From Eledone cirrhosa (taxonomy: Eukaryota), in assembly GCA_964016885.1 (NCBI GenBank), contig OZ024744.1:88288001-88352000 (forward strand): 64,000 nt of DNA. Direction: 5' to 3'. A program made the translations under genes and the position numbers. The notes under the pieces are model-generated. The model did no database searches, had not been told where the DNA came from, and saw nothing but the letters and a program-made list of their open reading frames with translations. Position 1 is the stretch's first letter; the number at the start of each line of letters is the position of its first letter. This document shows positions 53,700 to 64,000 of the stretch, piece after piece.

Positions 53700-53905
53700 A
53701 GATTGGCAGTATCGGTAGAGAGTCGGACGCCATGCTTTCCAGTATAGTTACGTCCCTTTACGATCTGAGTTCAAATCCCGTCGAGGTTGACTTTGCTTTT
53801 CATCCTTACGGGGTCGATAAAATAAAGCACCAATAATGCACTCTGTGTAATTGCTGGCCTTGTGCCTAAAGTAGAAACAATTATTATTATTATTGTTATT
53901 ATTAT
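53700..53905 (+). mobile_element. SINE closing the right array
   Basis: SINE body with (ATT)n tail. Confidence 0.9.
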
Positions 53906-53921
53906 AATATATATATATATA

Positions 53922-53987
<66 letters not shown>

Positions 53988-55089
53988 TATTGTGTATTTT
54001 TTATCAATGTATATAAAACGCGTCCGACGTAGGTTGTTAAGAGTACTTTGTTGCTTACGATCGTTTCCTGTGGCTGATTAATCATGGTAAAATGGTAAAT
54101 CGAATGATCGAGACACCTCGTAGTGGTTACCTCAACATCTATTTTAATGCCAATATTCGAGATCAATCGCTCCATCTTCCACAGAAACAATTGCCTCACC
54201 TCAAATAGGTGTATACCAATTATATATGTGTGTGTGTTTTACCATGTTTTTATTAACTCTTTTCCCTCCTCCTTTCTTTCTCTCCCCTTTCTCTCTCACA
54301 CTATCACTCTATCCCTTTCTCTGCCCCCCATACTACTCCAGTTTCCTCCGTCTCTCTTACGTCCGTTCTCACCGTGAATAGATGTGTCTTCTTAGCTCTC
54401 TCCCTGTTATTATTAAGGTCTCTGGGCTTAAACCTAGCTGCCTTTTTTAACTTCGTTCTCTCTCTCCTTGGTTTCTCTCTATATATATATGCCACTGCCC
54501 TGTCTCTCCCCCTCTCTATCGGTATGTTTTTTTTCTTCTTTCTTTCTCTTCCGTTTTTTCTCTCTCTTCGTCTATTTTTCGTCTATTTTTTTAAATAATA
54601 ACTTTCTGATTTATTATCCCACTGTAAATAGATGTATTGTTTTTAATGCGTCGAAACATCTGAGACCTGCAGCAAACAACTGATGAGGGGAAATATCTAT
54701 CTGCGTTTGTGCTTCCTTTACTTTCTTAACACTCGTTCTTAGTAACCACACAGCCTTGTCCCTTTCAATTCATATATATGTGTATGTGCGCGCATGTGTG
54801 TGTATGTGTGTGTGTGTGTAAATGCAAAATTTAATGACATATATAGAAATATATCAAACAGTACACAGGAGATAATTTACAAAATCATGAGCAGTAGAGG
54901 CAGTTTAACAAAAAAAAAACAACAAAAAAAAATTCAAACGCTACATACCGAAAAGCAAATAATTATTTTACTCTCCCATACATAATTCCTTAATGGCTGT
55001 AGAATTAGGTTTCACCGTGGAATGGTTAAGTTAAAATGTTTAGCTAGGACCATCAGAGAGAGAGAGAGAGAGTGAGAGAGAGAGAGAGA

Positions 55090-55136
<47 letters not shown>

Positions 55137-55631
55137 AATCCACATGAACTTACAGCAGTAAGCAAATTTAAGGATTCACCAGAAACGCTCATGGAGCTAC
55201 GAAATAACAAGGTGCTTCAGTTTTGCTTACGTGGCATGAATAGGTATGAGGATAGCTAGAAATACAGCTTAAAACAATAATACATTCGACCAAATAAAAA
55301 TTTAGGAGCACATTTATATTACTATAAAAATGTCATGAGAGAGAAATAACAGACACGCCACGCGCCATATCACCTGTAATAAAAGCTCAAGGATATATTC
55401 CGAGCTATTAATAATATAAATTCAAAAGCGAATGTCAAATATAGAAATATATAAAAAAAATTCACATCGGTGGTTGGTGGGGTAGTCAACTAGATTGATT
55501 ATTTTCTTTTTTCTATTTCTATTCTGCGATTGAGGTCTTTGGGGTATGTACTTGACATCTTTTCCGAATCCACTATCTCGGAGTGCTTTGTTGTAGTACG
55601 TTACTACCTCTTAAATATGTATCTATTAGAT

Positions 55632-55836
55632 CTGGAATGTGAAACACGCGACGCGCGGGCCACATGCAGCCCTTTAAAAGCACACCTGCGGCACGCACAA
55701 AGGTTTTTACGGCGTGAGCATGTTTCATATTCGTAAAATTTGTTGTAACGTGCGCAGTTAGTTGCTATGTGTGGCCCTCAGACAATAGATATGTGACCCA
55801 TGTGGCCATCGGGGAACCCTCAGTTTGACATGCCTG
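55632..55836. mobile_element. hAT (Charlie-like) MITE
   Basis: Right TIR gtttgacatgcctg; perfect 8-bp TSD tattagat. Confidence 0.85.
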
Positions 55837-56338
55837 TATTAGATGATAGATTCTAGATTCTAATGCTAATATTAGGCACTAGGTTGTTAAATGTCATAGG
55901 TGGGTGGCAGGTTCCTCTGTTAATAGATTTTAGCCTTTCATTCGATCTATGGTAGTTGACGTCAAGAAGATCTGCGTTAATGAGGTTCGTGTCTAGTGCG
56001 ATCTTAACCCCTTACGAAACCTATCTAGTGTGTGTCCGTTGCTGTTGTGTGCTAAAGAAAGAATATCGCCGCGATATAGGCCAACAGTGGGGTTGGGCCA
56101 ACAAAATTACATACATCAGCGCTGTCATAGGACCCCAGTGATGAAATTACATTGTCTAGGTATGTCCCTGGGTACTACTCAGAAATCAGAACACGAACAC
56201 ATATATATTCACCATATCCCAAGACAAGTAATTGCAAATGTTTTTGCTTTACAAAATATGTATGGATTTCCGTATTAATATCGAAATCTTCGGCCATTTT
56301 ACTTTACAACTAACTATCTTTCTCCATTATTTAGAGAA

Positions 56339-56516
56339 GCAGTATCGGTAGAGGGTCGGACGCCATGCTTTCCAGCATAGTTACGTCCCTTTACGATCTG
56401 ATTTCAAATCCCGCCGAGGTTGACTTTGCCTTTCATCCTTACGGGGTCGATAAAATAAAGTACCAGTAATGCACTGGGTAATTGCTGGCCTTGTGCCTAA
56501 AGTAGAAACAATTATT
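56339..56516 (+). mobile_element. SINE with 13-bp TSD
   Basis: attatttagagaa on both sides. Confidence 0.92.
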
Positions 56517-56660
56517 TAGAGAAAGCGAAAGAGAATGAAGAGAAGAAAAGGACGAAAAGGACACGTGATGGTAGAGAAAAAGGAAAACAGAGAAGATATG
56601 GGAGACAAAAAGAAAGACGATAGAGAGAAAAGTCAGGAGAAGGAGAGGCAGGGAGGGAGA

Positions 56661-56752
<92 letters not shown>

Positions 56753-57297
56753 TGCATAATATAAAATTGAAAGAAAAGTAATGAAAGATATGTAAAATAT
56801 GAGAGCGAAATATCTTAGAAAAGGGGAATAGATAGAGCAATAGAGAAATACACGTCAAGTGAGAGAGTGTGAGAGAAAGAAAAATAGAATGAAAGAAAGA
56901 TTTTAAAAGAAATTCAAAAATTTGTTATAGCATTCTTTGATCATTACGTGACATGTAAATGTGTGTGTATATGTTGTTTATGTATGTAAATATGTGTTGC
57001 TACTTAGCTACATATGCATACATATATCTTCTATATAGTTTCTGTATATGTATGACCCGTTTAATCTCCCCCTCTTTCACGTATATGTAACGATCTGTTG
57101 TCCCTTCCCTTCTGTCTCACTGTGCATTTTTTTTTTACCGCTCTTCCCATTACTCAATTGTTCACTCTCACAATTGCTAAGTCGTGTCTATTAAATCTCC
57201 TTCACTTTCACACTCTTTTACTTTTCTTCAGAGATTCTGTTCTCAGAGCGGATACTCTCCCTAAACCTATCTATTCGTTCTCTATTATATTGGCAAT

Positions 57298-58017
57298 AGG
57301 ACGGTGGATCGGCGGTATAGGTAGAGGGTCGGACGCCATGCTTTTCAGCAGAGTTACGTCCCTTTATGATCTGAGTTCAAATTCCGCCGAGGTTAACTTT
57401 GCCTTTCATCCTTACGGGGGTCAATAAAATAAAGTACCAGTCACGCACTGGGGCCGTTTTAATCGCCCCCCCCCCCCAATTAATGTCCTTGTGCCTAAAT
57501 AAGAAAGCATTATTTATCTCCTTCAGGACGGTGGATTAGCAGAATCGGTAGAGCCCCGGACAATATGCTTTGCAGCATAGAGTTACGGCCCTTTTCGTTC
57601 TGAGTTCAAATCCCGCCGAGGTTAGCTTTGCTTTTCATCCTTACGGGGTCGATAAAATAAAGTACCAGTAATGCATTGAAGTCAATTTCATCGACTATCC
57701 CCTTCTCTTCAAATTGCTGACTTTGTACCTAAATCAGAAACCATTATTTATCTCCTCCTTAATGCACTGGGTAATTGCTGGTCTTGTGCCTAAAGTAGAA
57801 ACAATTATTTATCTCCTCCTGTGGATTGGCAGTATCGGTAGAGGGTCGGACGCCATGCTTTCCAGCATAGTTACGTCCCTTTACGATCTGAGTTCAAATC
57901 CCGCCGAGGTTGACTTTGCCTTTCATCCTTACGGGGTCGATCAAATAAAGTACCAGTAAGGCACTGGGTAATTGCTGGCCTTGTGCCTAAAGTAGAAACA
58001 TTTATTTATCTCCTCCT
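57298..58017 (+). mobile_element. array of four SINE copies
   Basis: Each copy is followed by an (att)atttatctcct(c/t)c motif. Confidence 0.92.
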
Positions 58018-58537
58018 TTCCTTCTTTCAATATTTTGGAACATTTTCTTCAGTTAGTAATTAAACCTTTCTTGAGGGTGACAAGCCGCATAGCGCATCGC
58101 AAGAAGAAATTATTTAATTATGGTGGTGGTGCATAGTATTGATGGTTTTGAATAGGTAGTGGTTTGTTCTGGTTTTTTTTTATCATTATTTGCAACGTCG
58201 ATAGGAACTGTCTCTGTGAATGACTTTTGAATGATTTCTGAAATAAGATCAGTTTAAATTGTTGTAGGTCGACTTTGCACGAAAACCCCCCCAAAAAACT
58301 AGGGATGACGTTCTGAGAAACAAGACTGTGCGTTATGGCTATTTCAGTGTCCGAGGGTCGGAAAGAATATGTGATGAGAGGATAAGAATTGAGTGAGGTG
58401 GGCGAGCCGGAGTGAAGACTGCATTAGGTTAGCCACAATAGCAGCAGCAGCAGCAATGTTAGCCAGAGGCTTGAGCGTGACAGTTATTGACTTCCTGCCA
58501 ATAAGATCAATGGCTACTTTTTAGGCATGGTCTAGAA

Positions 58538-58748
58538 CAGGCATGTCAAACATGCGATCCGCGGGGTGCATGCGGCCCTCAGCAAGCACAGCTGCAACAA
58601 AGGTTTTTACAGCGTAAGCATGTTTTATCTTCGTAATATAAAATTAAAAATTCAGTTGTAGTGTGCGCAATTAGTTGTCATTGTGGCCCTCAGACAACAC
58701 ATATGTGACCCATATTGCCCTCGGGAGACACTCAGTTCGACATGCCTG
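58538..58748. mobile_element. hAT MITE, same family as 55632
   Basis: TIRs caggcatgtcaaac/gttcgacatgcctg; perfect TSD gtctagaa. Confidence 0.92.
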
Positions 58749-59574
58749 GTCTAGAATGTATGTAAGTGTAGGAGCAGTTCGATCCGAAATGAGTGATCAC
58801 TACTCAATTATGAGTTTTACATCAACATGATAAAATGTCTGATGCTGTTGGGAGTTGAAGTATTTTCTAACCCTGAACAAACGGCCCAGACTCGTAGTTA
58901 CAGTTTGAGACGTTTGGATGATTTGATATTAGAAATGTTGAAATATAAAGACACATTCTGTATAATGATAATGGCGTTTGAAGTGTAGGTAAAAATACCC
59001 TCAGATACAGAAAATAATTATCCGGCAACCATTTGAGATAATCGAACTCTGTATCTCTTGAATTCCGGCATAGTGCATTAATCTTCACACCCAATGGTAG
59101 TTGACAACAATTTCTGTACATATTCGGTAGTATATACATTAGTAAATATATACTTCCGGAAGTAAGCAAATCTTACAACTTCTAGAGGCTGTTGGGTTAT
59201 CATCAATGTAGCGAATCGATGTTTGCACACAACACACAAAAACAAGACGGTGTAAGGCAGACAAATAAGTCACTGAGGACGTCAAAGAATGTGTGACGAA
59301 AATCTTTGACAATAAATAAACAACCATTCGGTTTTTGAACCAGCCAACCGGAAATGTATAATAAATTAAAGTGAAAAGCAACAGTGGCGTGTGTTTTTAT
59401 TTGTAGCATGACCCTTCCAAATTATAACAATATCTGTCTCAACCCATGTTTCAGATAAGAAATCTTGCAAAATAAATTTAAAATATATATATACATACAT
59501 GCGTACATACATACATACATTCATACATATATACATACGCACATACGTACATACGTACATACATACATACATTC

Positions 59575-60560
59575 ATGATGGCTTCCCCCTCGATATCGAG
59601 TATGGTCATTGCACGATATAACATTATTAACAATTATCGGTGGTGAATTGGCAGTATCGGTAGAGGGTCTGACGCCATGCTTTGCAGCAAAGAGTTACGG
59701 CCCTTTATGGTCTGAGTTCAAATCCCGCCGAGGTTAACTTTGCCTTTCATCCTTACGGGGTCTATAAAATAAAGTACCAGTAATGTACTAGGTAATTGCT
59801 GGCCTTGTGCCAAAAGTAGAAGCAATTATTAAAAATTATCAATTAATACTATCATGATTTTTTTAAAGTGAGGAAAGACTGTGCACTAAGCGACAGTAGC
59901 TATAACCCGAAAAGAAGAAAAGATCAACATCATGGGTAACTACTGAGCCGCAGGTGTTATGTGGGAGTTATCCCAGTTTTATCCCAGTTTCATACATACG
60001 TACATACGTACGTACATTGTGGCTGCCCCCTCGATATAGAGTATGGCCATTGCACGATATACCATTATTAATAATTATTAATTAGTTCTATCTTGCAATG
60101 CCTGTGCTTGAAGATATTTTTTAAAGTGAGGAAAGACTGTGCACTGAGCCAATCCCACTCTCTGAGCGACAGTAGCTATAACCCGAAAAGAAGAAAAGAT
60201 CAACATCATCAGTAACTACTGAGCCGTAGGTTTTATATCGGAGTACATACATACATACATGGTGGCTGCCAACTCGTTTTCGAGTACGGTCACTACTTTA
60301 TATCCATGAAGGAGAACCCCTACCGATGCGCTGAACGAGTGTGACTTTTTAGTCCAGCCAGCGACTTGAAAACTCTGGTACAAACACTACACTTACGACA
60401 ATTATTGACACATATTGCTGAGCCCTTGGTACCATGTGACGACAAGTGCAGAGAGATCTCCAGATATAAAGCAATGCCTGTGCCGTGAAGCTTTTATAGT
60501 GAGCAAAGGCACTGCACAAAGCCAGTCCCACTCTCTTAACCAAGATGATATTTACCAAAT
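59575..60560 (-). mobile_element. head-to-tail RTE-derived elements (two family 2, one family 1) separated by (CATA)n; SINE inserted at 59638-59830 (+)
   Basis: Homology to 25150-26800; units end in ggcagccac/gaagccatc-type termini plus (GTAT)n on the minus strand. Confidence 0.7.
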
Positions 60561-61359
60561 ACATACATACATACAAACGTGTGTGTGACTGAGGAAGAGT
60601 GGAAGAGAGATCGAGTTTATGTTTACTGTTACCCAATTTGCTGTAACATAGTTTGAAAAAACCACCAGTAAAATAAGTACCAGACATGAAACTTAGGTCA
60701 ATATGATCGACTAAATCTGTTGAAAGCTGTCCCTTATTATAACCGTAATCTAATAAATCCAGCTAGGAAAAGAATGACAGAATATAATATTGCAAAGTAG
60801 GAGATAGCATTCTCATGAAAATCAATATATGTTAGTGTTAACATATACACTACAGTGAACATGAAAACAAATCTAACTAGAAAGACTTATAAAGTGATTG
60901 GACAATTCATCGATTCCAAAGGCGAGTGTTCCATTTGTTTGATAAACGGAAACCACAGCTCATGATTAACGTGCATGTGACTGAGTATTCCATAGACGCA
61001 CGTACAATTAGCACAGAGGGTGGGACCCTATTTGCTCATAATAGTTTAGAGATGGGGATGGCGAGTGAGACTGAGGCGATGACAGTGGGAGTTTGGTTCT
61101 CTGTGTTCGTACCTGGTGTACATGTGTGTGAAATTTTACACTTATTTGTTAATTTCACAGCTTTTAGTATTTATTTCAACTTCAGCTGACCATATTGAAA
61201 AATGAGTTTCGTTTTTTTTTAATGAACAGATATAATGAACAGATATATTTTTGTTACTAATAATTTCTTTTATATTTCATACATACACATTCAAACAACA
61301 CATATACACGATGTTAATACAGTAAAACACTTAAACACAATCATAAACAATGTAGGGAC

Positions 61360-61555
61360 CAGGCATGTCAAACATGCCCTTTTCAAGCACATCTGCAACT
61401 CGCACAAAGATTTTTACAGCGCGAGCATGTTTTATCTTTGTAATATAAAATGAAAAAAATTAGTTGTAATGGGTGCAATTAGTTGTCCTGTGTGGCCCTC
61501 AGACAACACATGTGACCCATGTGGCTCTCGGAGGACCCACAGTTTAACATGCCTG
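61360..61555. mobile_element. hAT MITE, third copy
   Basis: TIRs caggcatgtcaaac/gtttaacatgcctg; TSD degenerate. Confidence 0.8.
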
Positions 61556-61599
61556 CTCTAGACCATTCCATTAATGTATACGGTATTAGCACAATTCTA

Positions 61600-61800
61600 T
61601 AGAATCTTCAGCATGACACTGTATGTGATAAAGCCACTTCTTCGAATTACAGGTACGGCTAATTATTTCTTTCTTTTTTTTTACAGCAAAATAGACTGGA
61701 GCACCGTGAAGTAAATATCTTGTTCTAAGACACAACGTGCCGCAGGGAATTGAACTCAGAATCTGATGATCGCGAACTGAGTATCATGTGCATTTACACT
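61600..61800 (-). mobile_element. second tRNA-derived SINE family (V-SINE-like); related piece at 63195-63300 (+)
   Basis: B-box gagttcaattcc; tgtc(c)tt-agcaaga-actt-ttcacg-tgctcc motif. Confidence 0.55.
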
Positions 61801-62258
61801 TATCGTGTGAGCAAAACCAAACATAAGTAACAAATTCAATGAGAACTAGTTTTGTTAAAGTAGAAAAGCAGCGACCATCGGACCCATGCCTACAGTTATT
61901 TCCTTCGCTAATTAGAATTAGTGTGATTGATAAACTTGCTAGAAACAGCAGTCAAATGTCATTAAACTCAAACACCTTATTCTTTTAAATTAGGAAAGTA
62001 TATATTAGAGAATGCAGTACTTCAATCAGGGCTTCATTAAGTCTTGTGAGACAATGGATTGCACGTGTAAATTTAATCTCTTAGGTGTAGGCCCGGTCAA
62101 ATGATTTTTTGAAAATTTTCTTGATAACCAGCAATCACCCATTTCAATAAGTCTTCCCTTTATACGTCCCAGAATTTCAGGGATGTACTTAGGGTAATAT
62201 ATTAAAGAGGATATTTGAAAGAAACTAAGCGAAAAGTTATAAGCTTGAAAGATTACTT

Positions 62259-62565
62259 CAGGGGTTCTCAAATATGTTGAGCCACTACCCACCTCAGGGC
62301 CACGCATCTTGCAAATTGTAAATAATATATAATAAATGAAATCGCTAATTTATATATAATAAATATATACTATATATAAATAAATATTATATATTATTTA
62401 TTTTACTATATTTATATATGATACGTAGCGTTTGATGTTTAGTATATTATTATATCATCTGGACCGCTCCCACCACACCGTCAGACCAATCCCTTAGGCA
62501 TCAGTATCCCCTGGATCTTCTCAACGCCACCCAGGATGCGATAGCTTCCACTTTGAGAACCTCTG
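62259..62565. mobile_element. hAT MITE (different family)
   Basis: TIRs caggggttctcaaa/tttgagaacctctg; flanks gattactt/gtctactt. Confidence 0.75.
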
Positions 62566-62942
62566 GTCTACTTGATTGATGCAAACAGGTGATCACTTAA
62601 TATTACAACCATGAGGACAACAATAGGCCACATTGCAAAATTACTTGGACAAATGTGATTGTATTATCAAAGATTTAGTTGCAGGATAAAATAATCAAAC
62701 ATTACGTTTCAACTTTGCTTGTTCATCGAGTCAAACTAAAACTGTAACTTACTACAAAAACCTACACATAATTACAGCAACCACTGTTCAATTTAAGTAC
62801 AACAGTTGCAATCACACAGCTATAGACTTAATTAACTCTTTTGATACCAAACTCTTTTTCTACAATACATAGCTGTTTATTTTAATAAAGGTTTTGTACA
62901 AATTTTATCTAAGAAATTTTAAGTCTTCCAAACAACATCTAA

Positions 62943-63123
62943 ATAATTGTTTCTACTTTTGGCACAAGGCCAGCAATTATATCAGTGCATTACTGGTATT
63001 TTATTTTATCGACCCCATAAGGATGAAAGACAAAGTTAACCTGGGCGGGATTTGAATTCAGAGCATAAAGAACCATAGCTCTATGCTGCAAAGCATGGTG
63101 TCTGATGCTCTGCTGATACTGCC
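62943..63123 (-). mobile_element. SINE
   Basis: Diverged copy of the main SINE family. Confidence 0.85.
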
Positions 63124-63432
63124 GAATGAAAGTTAGTTGTTTTATTAAAGGCTTCAGATTCTTATTTTCGAAATTTTTTAGATAGTATATTCAGTGAAGG
63201 CGTGTGGTTGATTGGTTAAAGAACTGGATTCACAATCGTGAGGTTGTCCTTGAGCAAGACACTTTATTTCACGTTGCTCCTTCTACCTGGAGTTGCGAGC
63301 GATAGATAGTATTAGCAACGGGAAAGTCGGTCCGATTTGACGAAAAGTCCATCAACATAATTAGTTAGTCAGTGTATTTCCTTAGAAATTTGGTAATGGA
63401 ATGGTCAATATAACAAGGTATATAGCATTATC

Positions 63433-63621
63433 ATTGGCAGTATCGGTAGAGGGTCGGACACCATGCTTTGAAACAAAGAGTTACAGCCCTTTATGGTCTG
63501 AGTTCAAATCCCGCCGAAGTTAACTTTGCCTTTCATCCTTATGGGGTCGATAAAATAAAGTACCAGTAATACACTGGGGTAATTGCTGGTCTTGTGACAA
63601 AAGTAGAAACAATTATCATTG
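63433..63621 (+). mobile_element. SINE with TSD attatcattg
   Basis: Main SINE family; flanking repeat on both sides. Confidence 0.88.
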
Positions 63622-63868
63622 TATCGGTCACACACTAGTGAAAATGAATGCACTAGACGAAAGAAAAAGTTCATTAGAGTATCTACGGCTAGAAAATCAT
63701 AAAGAATCAACCAAAAATCCAGCACCTTTTACATTAGTCGATGACGTGGTGTCTATAATTAAAACAAATAAATAAAATCTGCTAAGAAGACATTTTCTTT
63801 TAAGGGAGCAGTATCTATACAATTACATATATTAAAGCGGATGTTAATATATATAGTAATAATAATAA

Positions 63869-63992
<124 letters not shown>

Positions 63993-64000
63993 TATATGTG

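Noticed and set aside
37280-53905. Telomeric retrotransposon array
   Set aside because: Flanked by ordinary sequence on both sides, with no TTAGGG arrays; the resemblance is architectural only.
57500-58020. CRISPR-like repeat-spacer pattern
   Set aside because: The spacers are SINE copies and the repeats are TSDs; eukaryotic context and no cas genes.
58867-59409. Short non-repetitive ORFs (also 62026-62307 and 60926-61189) as host exons
   Set aside because: No recognisable domain or convincing splice context; 62026-62307 overlaps a MITE end.

Overview
Repeat-dense eukaryotic (animal) DNA. The SINE, microsatellite and TE make-up suggests a cephalopod or other mollusc, but that is inference. 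No host gene can be confidently called, and most ORF-track entries are microsatellite or antisense artefacts. Two polarised arrays of degenerate L1/Tx1-clade non-LTR retrotransposons dominate: about 3.8-18.2 kb (all minus strand, three copies with intact 5' ends) and about 37.3-53.9 kb (all plus strand, about ten pieces). Units are joined head-to-tail, mostly through (ATT)n, and each array starts at the (ATT)n tail of a tRNA-derived SINE whose 3' end resembles the Tx1 3' end. Two antisense R4/Dong-like elements sit in the same (ATT)n linkers, fused 5'-to-5' with Tx1 fragments. All four ORF1/ORF2 junctions share a motif complementary to the 18S rRNA 3' end, overlapped by a splice-donor-like hexamer, about 32 nt before the ORF2 AUG. 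Also present: a (TATC)n-associated Tx1 subfamily, CRE-like and RTE fragments, RTE-derived non-autonomous elements in (GTAT)n, Penelope-type hammerhead ribozymes, hAT MITEs and a Helitron 3' end. Coordinates were read by eye and may be off by a few bases. Subfamily labels B-E are my own, based on 3'UTR type.
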